Source: Geobacter metallireducens GS-15
GTDB taxonomy: Bacteria; Desulfobacterota; Desulfuromonadia; Geobacterales; Geobacteraceae
Direction: 5' to 3'
DNA: 32,000 nt
NCBI RefSeq assembly: GCF_000012925.1
Contig: NC_007517.1
Coordinates: 2,850,001 to 2,882,000, forward strand
The notes under the pieces are model-generated. The model was not told where the DNA came from. It saw only the letters and a list, made by a program, of their open reading frames with translations, and made no database searches. This document shows, one piece after another, positions 1-8,073 of this stretch. Position 1 is the first letter of the stretch. The number at the start of each line of letters is the position of its first letter. The translations under genes and the position numbers were made by a program.

Positions 1-1
1 C

Positions 2-352
2 GAGGCCCTGGAGAAGGCCCGAAGCGGCGGCGGACCCACCTTCATCGAATGCCTCACCTACCGGATGTCCGACCACACCACGTCCGACGACGCGAGCCGG
101 TACCGTTCCCCCGAAGAAATGGAACAATGGCGGGAGCGGGACCCGATCCTGCGCTACGAGCGGTTCCTGGCGAAGCGGGGACTCTGGAACGAGGACTATG
201 CCGCCGAGATGAAGGGAAAGGCGGGAGGAGAGATCGACGAGGCGGTGCGGCGCTACGAATCGGTGCCGCCGCCAGCGCCGGGGGAGATGTTCAATTTCGT
301 GAGTGGGGAGTTGTCGGCGAGGCTGCGGCGACAGCGGGAAACATCTACTTGA
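2..352 (+). CDS. 2-oxo acid dehydrogenase E1 component, alpha subunit (TPP-dependent); 5' end lies outside the window
   Basis: Frame 2 is open from the window edge to TGA at 350-352. The translation EALEKARSGGGPTFIECLTYRMSDHTTSDDASRYRSPEE... matches the conserved C-terminal region of E1 alpha subunits. E1 beta and E2 genes follow on the same strand. Confidence 0.85.
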   Translation, partial: EALEKARSGGGPTFIECLTYRMSDHTTSDDASRYRSPEEMEQWRERDPILRYERFLAKRGLWNEDYAAEMKGKAGGEIDEAVRRYESVPPPAPGEMFNFVSGELSARLRRQRETST

Positions 353-496
353 ATAACACGGAGAGACGGAGAACACGGAGTAAAATCAAGCTGTTATTCT
401 TCAGCAACAATTTGATTCAGTACTCCTTCTTGGCTCAAAATAAATAAATGGTTCAAGGGGTTGCCTTCTCCGTGCCCTCCGTCTCTCCGTGTTATT
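352..496. repeat. 145-bp MITE-like palindromic element (29-bp terminal inverted repeats around an AT-rich core)
   Basis: Arm 352-380 is AATAACACGGAGAGACGGAGAACACGGAG. The reverse complement of arm 468-496 is AATAACACGGAGAGACGGAGGGCACGGAG, a 27/29 match. The 87-bp core is AT-rich and non-coding. A related copy lies at 7972-8110. Confidence 0.7.
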
Positions 497-521
497 ACAA
501 ATTGAAAGGTTTCTATTCACA

Positions 522-1484
522 ATGCCTCAACTGAACATGGTTCAAGCCATAAACCTCGCCCTCCGGGAGGAGATGGCCCGGGACGACCGGGTGGTGCTCC
601 TCGGAGAGGACGTGGGGAGGGACGGCGGGGTCTTCCGGATTACGGAGGGGCTCTTCGAAGAGTTCGGCCCGAAGCGGGTCATCGACACCCCCCTGTCGGA
701 ATCGGCCATTGTGGGCGCGGCGGTGGGTATGGCGGCCTACGGCCTTCGCCCCGTGGCGGAGATCCAGTTCATGGGGTTCATCTACGCCGCCTTCGACCAG
801 CTCTTCGCCCATGCCGTCCGCATCCGCACGCGGTCCCGGGGACGCTTCACGGCACCGCTGGTGGTCCGAACCCCCTACGGGGCCGGCATCAAGGCGCCGG
901 AACTCCACGAGGAGAGCACCGAGGCCTTTTTCTGCCACATGCCGGGGGTGAAGGTGGTGGTCCCCTCGGGACCGTACAACGCCAAGGGGCTCCTCATGGC
1001 CGCCATCCGCGACCCCGACCCGGTCCTCTTCCTGGAGCCGACCCGCCTCTACCGGATGGTGAAGGAGGAGGTCCCCGAGGGTGAGTACACCATTCCCCTG
1101 GGAAAGGCCCGCATCGCCCGTCCGGGAAACGCCGTCACCGTCGTCGCCTGGGGGAGCATGCTCCAGCGGGTCATGAAGGCCGTCGAGGGGTACGACGCCG
1201 AGGTGATCGACCCCATGACCCTCTCTCCTTTCGACTGGGAGGCGCTCCTGGCTTCGGTGGAAAAGACGGGGCGACTGGTGGTGGCCCACGAGGCCCCCCT
1301 CACCTGCGGCCTCGGCGCCGAGATCGCCGCCACGGTGGCCCAGGAGGCGATTCTCCACCTCCGGGGGCCGGTCATCCGGGTGGCCGGACCCGACACGCCG
1401 GTGCCCCTGGCGAAGCTGATCGACCACTACCTTCCGTCGCCGGAGCGGATTCGGGCGGCGCTCGATGACGTGCTGCAGTACTGA
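522..1484 (+). CDS. 2-oxo acid dehydrogenase E1 component, beta subunit (PdhB-like)
   Basis: The ORF-track ORF 489-1484 starts at GTG. I prefer ATG 522 because MPQLNMVQAINLALREEM... aligns with the usual E1 beta N-terminus (MAQMTMVQAITDAL... in Bacillus PdhB). The GEDVG...GGVFR..., EIQF and transketolase C-terminal-like regions are all present. Confidence 0.95.
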   Translation: MPQLNMVQAINLALREEMARDDRVVLLGEDVGRDGGVFRITEGLFEEFGPKRVIDTPLSESAIVGAAVGMAAYGLRPVAEIQFMGFIYAAFDQLFAHAVRIRTRSRGRFTAPLVVRTPYGAGIKAPELHEESTEAFFCHMPGVKVVVPSGPYNAKGLLMAAIRDPDPVLFLEPTRLYRMVKEEVPEGEYTIPLGKARIARPGNAVTVVAWGSMLQRVMKAVEGYDAEVIDPMTLSPFDWEALLASVEKTGRLVVAHEAPLTCGLGAEIAATVAQEAILHLRGPVIRVAGPDTPVPLAKLIDHYLPSPERIRAALDDVLQY

Positions 1485-1494
1485 GGAGCGACCC

Positions 1495-2658
1495 ATGCCC
1501 TTTGACTTCAAACTCCCCGATCTCGGTGAAGGGATCACCGAAGCCGAGCTGAGAAAGTGGCTCGTGAAGGAAGGCGACACCGTTCGCGAGCACCAGCCCG
1601 TGGCCGAGGTGGAAACCGACAAGGCGGTGGTGGAGGTTCCCTCTCCCCGGGGCGGGCGGGTCGGCCGGCTGGCACGGCGCGAGGGGGAGACGGTGGCGGT
1701 GGGCGCGACGCTCTTCACCATCGAGGAGGAGGGTGAAGCCCCGCCGGAGCGACCCAAATCAGTAGGAATCGTGGGGGAGCTCCCCGAGGCGGAGGAGGCG
1801 CGCGAGGTCATCGCCACCCCCCTGGTAAGGAAACTGGCCCGGGAGCGGGGTATCGACCTGGCCACGGTCAGGGGAAGCGGCCCCCGGGGAAGCATCACCC
1901 CCGATGACCTGGAGAAAGTCTCAGCTCCGGTTGCCCAGCCCGCGGAGAGTTTCGGCCCCGTGGAACTGGTCCCCCTGCGGGGGGTGCGCCGCGCCGTGGC
2001 CCGCAACGTCATGGCCTCCCAGCGGAACACCGCCTTCGTCACCGGCATGGAGGAAGCTGACATCACCGAGCTCTGGGAGCTGCGCCGCCGCGAACTGGGG
2101 GCCGTTGAAACCCGGGGCGCCCACCTCACCTTCCTCCCCTTCTTCATCAAGGCGGTCCAGCACGCACTTCGGGAGCACCCCTACCTGAACGCAGCCATCG
2201 ACGACACGGCCGAGACCATCATACTCAAGCGCCACTACCACTTCGGCATCGCCGTGGAAACCCCCGACGGCCTCATGGTGCCGGTCATCCGCGACGTGGA
2301 CCGGAAAAGCATCATCGAACTGGCGGCCGAAATCCAGGGACTGGGCTCCAAGGCCCGGAAACGGACCATCTCCCTCGACGAGTTGAAGGGAAGCACCTTC
2401 ACCCTCACCAACTACGGCCACTTCGGCGGCGTCTTTGCAACCCCCATCATCAACTGGCCCGACGTGGCCATCCTCGGCTTCGGTCGCATCGGCGAACGCC
2501 CCTGGATTCACAAGGGGCAGATCGCCATCCGCAGAATCCTCCCCCTTTCCCTCACCTTCGACCACCGGGTCACGGACGGGGCCGACGCGGCCCAGTTCCT
2601 CCTCAAGGTGGTCGCCTACCTGGAAGACCCGGCACTTCTTTTCATCGAAAGCACCTGA
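1495..2658 (+). CDS. Dihydrolipoamide acyltransferase, E2 component (lipoyl domain, E3-binding domain, catalytic domain)
   Basis: ATG 1495 is preceded by GAGGAG at 1484-1489. It has the lipoyl-lysine motif (VETDKAVVEVPSP), a peripheral subunit-binding motif (ATPLVRKLARERGIDLATVRGSGPRGSIT) and the catalytic DHRVTDGA motif near the C-terminus. Confidence 0.95.
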   Translation: MPFDFKLPDLGEGITEAELRKWLVKEGDTVREHQPVAEVETDKAVVEVPSPRGGRVGRLARREGETVAVGATLFTIEEEGEAPPERPKSVGIVGELPEAEEAREVIATPLVRKLARERGIDLATVRGSGPRGSITPDDLEKVSAPVAQPAESFGPVELVPLRGVRRAVARNVMASQRNTAFVTGMEEADITELWELRRRELGAVETRGAHLTFLPFFIKAVQHALREHPYLNAAIDDTAETIILKRHYHFGIAVETPDGLMVPVIRDVDRKSIIELAAEIQGLGSKARKRTISLDELKGSTFTLTNYGHFGGVFATPIINWPDVAILGFGRIGERPWIHKGQIAIRRILPLSLTFDHRVTDGADAAQFLLKVVAYLEDPALLFIEST

Positions 2659-2768
2659 TGGTTTTTTCGCGTTAAAGTACTCGACAATACTGTCGAAACT
2701 TTTTACACAATTTTCCATTTCTCGATGACTGTGCCAACGAACCGTTGTCATATCGGGATGTTATCTAT

Positions 2769-2784
2769 TGGCACGTCACTTGAT
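2769..2784 (+). promoter_or_regulatory. Candidate sigma-54 (-24/-12) promoter upstream of the PEP-CTERM gene
   Basis: TGGCACGTCACTTGAT compared with the consensus TGGCACG-N4-TTGCW. The -24 half is perfect and the spacing is correct. The -12 element is TTGA rather than TTGC. It lies 68 nt before ATG 2852. Confidence 0.4.
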
Positions 2785-2851
2785 AGAGAAGAGGTATCAA
2801 CCGACCGCCGCGCCGCGGCACATCCCTTGGTATTCAGTTCACGGAGAAACC

Positions 2852-3418
2852 ATGAAACGCCTGATCGCCCTGCTGCTTCTCGTCGCCGCCCTTGCCTTCG
2901 CCCCCCACGCAGAGGCGTTCTCCCTCTCCCTCGAACCACCTTCGCAGACCATCGCGGTGGGAGACACGGCAACCTTTGCGCTCAGGGTTACGGATCTTGC
3001 CGATCCCATTTTATTCTATACCCTTGATGTGCTTTTCGATGCGAGCGTGCTCGCCTTCCAGGGGGCGATTTTCACCAACGCCTTGGGTAATCCGTCTGAT
3101 TCCATGGTGGACACGAGCCTTGTGGACACCGGTCTTTTGGGTCTGGTGGGGACTTCCGCCACCGGTTCGTTGACCGGCGACTTCGATCTGGCCTACCTCA
3201 CCTTCTCAGGCATTACTGCCGGAACCTCCGACCTGATCATCGGTTCCAACACTTTTTTCGGTATTGACCCGAACACCGGCGGTGACATCCCCCTCAACGT
3301 GGATTCGCTCTTCGATAGCCGGGCAACCGTGGTAAACGCCGTCCCTGAACCGGGCACCCTGATCCTCCTGGGCGCCGGCCTGACCGGGCTGGCTGTCTGG
3401 CGGCGCAGGCACCCCTGA
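2852..3418 (+). CDS. PEP-CTERM sorting-domain secreted protein
   Basis: ATG 2852 follows GGAGA. The signal peptide is MKRLIALLLLVAALAFAPHAEA. The C-terminus VPEPGTLILLGAGLTGLAVWRRRHP is the PEP motif, a TM helix and a basic tail, as expected of exosortase substrates. Confidence 0.85.
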   Translation: MKRLIALLLLVAALAFAPHAEAFSLSLEPPSQTIAVGDTATFALRVTDLADPILFYTLDVLFDASVLAFQGAIFTNALGNPSDSMVDTSLVDTGLLGLVGTSATGSLTGDFDLAYLTFSGITAGTSDLIIGSNTFFGIDPNTGGDIPLNVDSLFDSRATVVNAVPEPGTLILLGAGLTGLAVWRRRHP

Positions 3419-3634
3419 GAAGGAACACTGGCTCCTCCCTTTTTGGCTTTTCCCTCTCTCGCATCAAGTTTTTTCCAGGCATGACTGACCGCCGCTCCAA
3501 CCGGGGCGGCGGCACCCCATTTTTCCCCTTGCAGGGTAATCATCGCGGTATCCAGCCCGTGCCCTGAGCCTCTCCGCTCCATCAATCTCTCCGTTTTCCG
3601 TTTCTTTTACTCCCCCCCGTCAATCGCCGTTTTT

Positions 3635-3648
3635 TTGATTCACATCAT
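3635..3648. promoter_or_regulatory. FNR/CRP-family type palindromic box
   Basis: TTGATTCACATCAT matches the FNR-type consensus TTGAT-N4-ATCAA at 9/10 positions. A possible -10 (TATACG, 3669-3674) sits at roughly the distance expected for a class II site. It lies upstream of the DUF1858 / Fe-S / hemerythrin cluster. Confidence 0.4.
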
Positions 3649-3705
3649 AATTTTTTCGACAAAATCAGTATACGGTAAGACCATCACGAACGAGGGAGGC
3701 GAATA

Positions 3706-3927
3706 ATGGAACTGAAAAATGATCTCGGCACAACGGCCATCCAGGACGTCATCGCGAAATACCCTGCAATCGGCGAGATCCTGCAGCGCTACGACATCGG
3801 CTGCGTCACCTGTAAGGTGGGCATCTGCCTTCTGAAGGACGTGGTTTCCATCCACGGCCTCTCCAAAGAGGATGAGTCCCGGATCGAGCAGGAAATCAAC
3901 GACTTCCTGACCCGGAAAGCGGCATAA
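3706..3927 (+). CDS. DUF1858-like small redox-disulfide protein (hybrid-cluster-protein-associated type), CxxC motif
   Basis: The RBS GAGGGAGG precedes ATG 3706. The 73-aa product contains ...YPAIGEILQRYDIGCVTCKVG..., as in the DUF1858 / HCP-associated redox disulfide domain family. Confidence 0.75.
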   Translation: MELKNDLGTTAIQDVIAKYPAIGEILQRYDIGCVTCKVGICLLKDVVSIHGLSKEDESRIEQEINDFLTRKAA

Positions 3928-4164
3928 ACGATAGAGAAAAATCCCCAACGGCCCATACACAACACACACGAAAAGGAGAACTCAATCATGGCAAATCTCG
4001 GTTGCGGCTGCCCCGGCAGCATGGCTCGCGTCATCGAAAGAGAAGAAACATCAGCCACCGAAACCACCGTCAAGCCCAGGTCGGAGCTTCGCCAGTGGCC
4101 GGTACAGCTTCACCTGGTGCCGCCGTCGGCCCCCTACTTCCGCAACGCCGACATCCTCATTTCG

Positions 4165-5490
4165 GGTTCATCCGGGAATTCCGGGGAAAGCGGCCCTGAT
4201 CTTGAGAAAGAAGTATTCGTGATCCCGGAAGCCGTAGGCCATTCTTTTGATCACCTTGATCTTGTTATTGATGCCTTCGAGGATTCCGGTGTGAAGGGGC
4301 CAGAGGCAGTGATTGAGGATTCCTTGGAGATAGCCCTTTAGCCGGCGGGCAAACAGGATGAGTGGCGGTATTCCACTCTCCATCGCCCTTTGGTGCCACT
4401 GCTCCCAGAATAGTCCCGCCTCTTCAATGCAGGTAAACTTCCACAGTTGCTTCAGATCGTCTTTGAGCAGGTAGACCGTAAGGAGGCTGCGGTTTGCCTC
4501 CAACAGTTCCTGGAGGCGAAGCATGTCGTCGCCCTTGACGTTCTCGCTGTTTCGTAGCAGCAACCACCGCGATGTTTTGACTACCTTCCGTGCCTTCTTG
4601 TCTTCCTTCAGGCGGTTTGCCTCATCGACTCGCACCCTGTCGATCACTTCCCTGCCATACTTCGCCACCACATGGAACAGGTCGTAGACTATGTCTGCCT
4701 GGGGCGAGTGCTGCTTGATTTCCTCCTCATATGATGCGTTCATATCCATCACGACCGCTTTGAGCCGTTTACAGCCATGTGGGCCAAGCTGCGTGAAGAA
4801 AGGACGGATACTCTCGCGACTCCTGCCTTTGCCGATCCATAAGACTTCCTTACGGTATGGCTCGATGATAACCGTCGCATAGCGGTGCCCCTTGTGAAGG
4901 GCGAACTCATCCATCCCGAGAACTTCGATGTTTGAGAGGTCGACGGTGCCGACCCGCTCTGTGAGTGAGCGCTTGTCGATTTCCTTCACCTGGTCCCAAG
5001 AAAGCCCCAGATACTGCGCCACGTGCTTCACAGACACGACACCACACAGTCGCGCTACGCTCTCTGCAAGCCTGCGCGTCACGCGGGCGTATTTCGCCAG
5101 CCATGACAGACGCTCCAGCGTTGGCCCACACTGAGGGCACAGCAGCCTGCGGCGGTGAACGATCAGATAAGTCTGAGCATCGAGAATCGGCAAATCTCGA
5201 ATTACGCGCTTGGTCGTTTCATGGACGCTTGTGCAACGCCCACCGCACGAGCCACACACCATCTCATCCTGGGACAGGGCAATCAGTTCTACCTCGATCC
5301 GTTTGGCATCACTTGTGACGATAGTGCGTGCCCCAGCAACACGATATCCTTCCCACCCTCCCGCAATTGCGATAACATCGGAATACGACAACGGCAGCCT
5401 CCTGCGATCTTTTTTGGTTGGGGAACCATCAAGATACCGCAGTGCTGCCGTTGTTGTTTATTAATCTTCCCCGGAATTCCCTGAAGAACC
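4165..5490 (-). mobile_element. ISL3-family insertion sequence, 1326 bp, with an 8-bp target-site duplication
   Basis: The terminal inverted repeats are GGTTCATCCGGGAATTCCGGGGAA (4165-) and the reverse complement of the right end, GGTTCTTCAGGGAATTCCGGGGAA (22/24). Direct repeats TCATTTCG lie at 4157-4164 and 5491-5498. There is a single transposase ORF whose stop lies inside the IR. Confidence 0.9.
4168..5391 (-). CDS. ISL3-family transposase
   Basis: The 407-aa product has an N-terminal zinc-finger region (CGSCGG...CPQCG) and DDE-type core sequences typical of ISL3 transposases (...HKGHRYATVI..., ...VVMDMNASY..., ...LEGINNKIKVIKRMAYGFRD...). Confidence 0.95.
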   Translation of the reverse strand: MSYSDVIAIAGGWEGYRVAGARTIVTSDAKRIEVELIALSQDEMVCGSCGGRCTSVHETTKRVIRDLPILDAQTYLIVHRRRLLCPQCGPTLERLSWLAKYARVTRRLAESVARLCGVVSVKHVAQYLGLSWDQVKEIDKRSLTERVGTVDLSNIEVLGMDEFALHKGHRYATVIIEPYRKEVLWIGKGRSRESIRPFFTQLGPHGCKRLKAVVMDMNASYEEEIKQHSPQADIVYDLFHVVAKYGREVIDRVRVDEANRLKEDKKARKVVKTSRWLLLRNSENVKGDDMLRLQELLEANRSLLTVYLLKDDLKQLWKFTCIEEAGLFWEQWHQRAMESGIPPLILFARRLKGYLQGILNHCLWPLHTGILEGINNKIKVIKRMAYGFRDHEYFFLKIRAAFPGIPG

Positions 5491-5782
5491 TCATTTCGGC
5501 GGACTGCGTGGCCTTCGCCCTCGGCTCCTTCCACCAGGACCTGCTGAAGGACAAGGCCCTGGCCATCGCCTGCCCCAAGCTGGACGAGTCCGGCACGTAC
5601 GTGGAAAAACTTGCCACCATCTTCCGCGACAACGACGTGAAGAGCATCACCGTCGCCATCATGGAAGTCCCCTGCTGCCGCGGCCTCGATCTCATGGTGC
5701 AGCAAGCCCTGGCCAAATCGGGAAGGGATATCCCCGTCGAAACGCTCATCATCGGGATTGACGGCGAACGGAGGAACTGACC

Positions 5783-6349
5783 ATGAAACGGGACATCACC
5801 CAGGCCCTGGTGGAGGAGCACCGGCTGATCCTCCGGATGCTGGCCCTCCTGGAGCGTAACGCTCCCCTCACCGCGGCGGGGCGATACACCAACTTCCAGT
5901 TTTTTCGGGATGCGGTGGATTTCATCCGGAGTTACGCCGACCGGTTCCACCACGCCAAGGAAGAGGAGATCCTCTTCGAGGCCCTCATAACCAACGGCAT
6001 GCCCCGGGAGAACAGCCCCGTGGCGGCCATGCTCATGGAGCACGACCAAGGGCGGGCCTACGTGAAGGCCATGGAAGAGGCGGCCCTGGCCGCCGAGGGA
6101 GGCGATACCTCCCGCACCGGCGCCCTGGCCGAGAATGCCCGTGCCTACCTGACCCTGCTCCGGGAGCATATCGACAAGGAGGACACCATCCTCTACCCCC
6201 TGGCCGAGCGGGTCATTCCGGAGGGACTGCGCGAGGGGATCGTCGGCGGCTACGAAGCGGCGGAAGCCCGCACGCCGGCAGGCTTTGCGGAGCACTACCT
6301 GCACCTGGTGGAGCAGTATGAGGCGGAGGCAACCGCCAAGGCCGCCTGA
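5783..6349 (+). CDS. Hemerythrin-like (HHE cation-binding) domain protein
   Basis: The RBS GGAGGAA overlaps the upstream stop. The His/Glu/Asp ligand pattern is present (EEHRLI..., RFHHAKEEEILF, MLMEHDQG, LREHIDKEDTILYP). Confidence 0.85.
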   Translation: MKRDITQALVEEHRLILRMLALLERNAPLTAAGRYTNFQFFRDAVDFIRSYADRFHHAKEEEILFEALITNGMPRENSPVAAMLMEHDQGRAYVKAMEEAALAAEGGDTSRTGALAENARAYLTLLREHIDKEDTILYPLAERVIPEGLREGIVGGYEAAEARTPAGFAEHYLHLVEQYEAEATAKAA

Positions 6350-6373
6350 GCAGACAACTGTATCGGCAGCACA

Positions 6374-6406
6374 CAAAAAAAGCCCGGTTTCCCGGGCTTT
6401 TTTCTT
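6374..6406. terminator. Bidirectional rho-independent terminator
   Basis: AAAAAAAGCCCGG-TTTC-CCGGGCTTTTTT is a perfect GC stem flanked by an A-run and a T-run. It sits between the convergent hemerythrin gene (+) and the 57-aa ORF (-). Confidence 0.85.
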
Positions 6407-6420
6407 TGCAGGCTATCTCA

Positions 6421-6594
6421 CTAGTCACCGAACGTATGCGCCTCCGGAAGCTGCACCGGATCGCAGACATCGGCTGGGTCATGGGCTTTTACTCCGCACT
6501 TGCTGCAGGAAACGGTCGCATTGGCCGACAGGGAACTGATGGTTCTCGTATCCTCGATCGTGCAGAGCTTATCATGCGCTATTCCGTGTCTCAT
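6421..6594 (-). CDS. Small Cys4 protein, 57 aa (not in the supplied ORF track)
   Basis: My hand translation of the minus strand gives MRHGIAHDKLCTIEDTRTISSLSANATVSCSKCGVKAHDPADVCDPVQLPEAHTFGD. The RBS AAAGGAGGTG lies 6 nt before the ATG (6594-6592) and the stop TAG is at 6423-6421. A terminator follows directly downstream. Confidence 0.6.
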   Translation of the reverse strand: MRHGIAHDKLCTIEDTRTISSLSANATVSCSKCGVKAHDPADVCDPVQLPEAHTFGD

Positions 6595-6641
6595 GGTTCA
6601 CACCTCCTTTGAGGTGAAGGCTAACCAGCTGTCCTGATATC

Positions 6642-6669
6642 ATTAAAGCACAGTTCAAGATAATTTCAA
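6642..6669 (-). promoter_or_regulatory. Candidate sigma-70 promoter for the 57-aa ORF
   Basis: On the minus strand: TTGAAA (6669-6664), a 16-nt spacer, then TGc-TTTAAT (an extended -10, hexamer 6647-6642). This is about 45 nt upstream of the ATG. Confidence 0.4.
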
Positions 6670-6705
6670 ATCGGAAACACAAAAGAAACACCGGCTCTCA
6701 AACGT

Positions 6706-8073
6706 TCAGAGACTTCCCTCCCCCAGCACCCCCATGACCCGCTCCAGATTAACCCGGGCCACGAGATAGTCGCGCCGTGCCCGGGCCAGGTTCCCCCGGG
6801 CCTGACGCAGGTTCAGTTCGGCGTCGTCCACCTCCAGCCGAATCTTGACCCCCAGCTCGAATCCCTTTTCGGCCATCTGCAGAAGGCGCTCCGCCTGGAC
6901 CACCGTACCGGACAGGGCCTTGACAATCTCCTCGGACTCGCGAACAGCATTGACCGCATCGCGGATTTCCAGGGCAACCGACTCCAGGAGTTTAGCCTCG
7001 TCGATCTGCATGCTTCGCCGTTCGCTCTCGGCCTGGGCCACCTTGCCCCGGGTCTTGAGGCCATCGAACAGGGGAAAACTCAACTGAAGGCCCACGGTCC
7101 ATATCTGGCCGCTCCCGGAACCGTCCCCCACCTCCAGGTGCCGCCATCCGTATTTCCCCGTCAGGTCCAGACGCGGCTTGTCGTCGGCGTCAGCCACCTT
7201 CACCAGTTCACCGGCAATGGCGAGGCGATGCTTGATCTCCTTCAGCTCGGGACGTTTATCCCGGGCCACTGCGAGGGCTTTGTCGTAGGAGGGATAGGTA
7301 GTCAGCACAGTCTCCAGCGAGCCGGTCACATCCACCTCACCCTCCAGGGCCAGGAGGAAGGAGAGCCGGTCCCGGGCCACGCGGACACTGTTGCCGGCCC
7401 GGATCACGTCGGGCATGGCATTTTGCACCGCAACATCCGCTGCCAGGACGTCGTAATCGGTGGCCACGCCGGCCGCATACCTGCGCTGGGCCTCATCCTG
7501 GTGCCGCACCTTCTGCGCAAGATTCTGGGAAGCAATGGCGTGCTGCTCCCTGGCAAGAAGGATATTGTAAAAGGCCACCGACACATCGCGCCAGGCATCC
7601 TGCCGCGCCCTGCGAAACTGCTCGTCGGCGGTGGCAAACCCCTTCTCTGCCGCCCGGATTGCAGCCCCCACCTTCCCCCAGGTGTAGAGAGCCTGAGAGA
7701 GACCGAGTTCGGCGCCATAGATATCCTGGCGCACCGGCATGAATCCGTCCGCATAGGCATTGAGGCTCTCGTCGTGCTGGGTGACAGCCTGTCCGGTGAT
7801 CGTCAGATGGGGAAGGGCAGCAGACCGTTCCTCCACATAGCGCCCCCTCACCTGGTTGTGGAATTCCTTTGCCTTGAGGATGTCGCGGTTACGCTCCGCA
7901 GCCACCTCCAGGGCCTGATCGAGGGTGAGGACACGATGCTCGGCGGCCATACTGATACCATGCAAAAGCCAAATAACACAGAGCAACGGAGCAACGGAGA
8001 AAATCCTCAATTTATTCTCGAGCGCCCTGTAAATGCCACTCTTCCCGGTATCATCAAAGCGTTGGTCAGTCAT
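6706..8073 (-). CDS. TolC-family outer membrane efflux factor (OMF) of the RND system
   Basis: The 455-aa product has the two-repeat TolC/OEP pattern and a hydrophobic signal-like segment, RIFSVAPLLCVIWLLHGISMA. ATG 8073 overlaps the RND stop (ATGA). An alternative TTG start at 8010 would give a conventional signal peptide, so the start is uncertain. Confidence 0.9.
   Translation of the reverse strand: MTDQRFDDTGKSGIYRALENKLRIFSVAPLLCVIWLLHGISMAAEHRVLTLDQALEVAAERNRDILKAKEFHNQVRGRYVEERSAALPHLTITGQAVTQHDESLNAYADGFMPVRQDIYGAELGLSQALYTWGKVGAAIRAAEKGFATADEQFRRARQDAWRDVSVAFYNILLAREQHAIASQNLAQKVRHQDEAQRRYAAGVATDYDVLAADVAVQNAMPDVIRAGNSVRVARDRLSFLLALEGEVDVTGSLETVLTTYPSYDKALAVARDKRPELKEIKHRLAIAGELVKVADADDKPRLDLTGKYGWRHLEVGDGSGSGQIWTVGLQLSFPLFDGLKTRGKVAQAESERRSMQIDEAKLLESVALEIRDAVNAVRESEEIVKALSGTVVQAERLLQMAEKGFELGVKIRLEVDDAELNLRQARGNLARARRDYLVARVNLERVMGVLGEGSL

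Larger units (their letters stand above)
3988..5780 (+). pseudogene. Cys-rich Fe-S-type protein gene interrupted by an ISL3 insertion (5' part 3988-4164, 3' part 5499-5780)
   Basis: RBS AAGGAG, ATG 3988. The reading frame ...RNADILIS is broken at 4164/4165 and resumes in frame at 5499 (ADCVAFALGSFHQDLLKDKALAIACPKLDE...VPCCRGL...). Removing 4165-5498 restores a single 152-codon ORF. Confidence 0.85.

Noticed and set aside
489-521. GTG 489 as the start of E1 beta (as listed in the ORF track)
   Set aside because: The extra 11 codons (MLLQIERFLFT) lie partly inside the right arm of the palindromic element and have no counterpart in E1 beta N-termini. ATG 522 gives the canonical MPQLNMVQAI... start.
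513-2150. 545-aa minus-strand ORF overlapping the E1 beta and E2 genes
   Set aside because: It is a shadow ORF. Its sequence is rich in R/S/P/G/A and has no family features, and the plus-strand genes are unambiguous.
3193-3585. 130-aa minus-strand ORF overlapping the end of the PEP-CTERM gene and the downstream spacer
   Set aside because: It is antisense to a well-supported gene, has no RBS, and has an Arg/Gly/Pro-rich translation.
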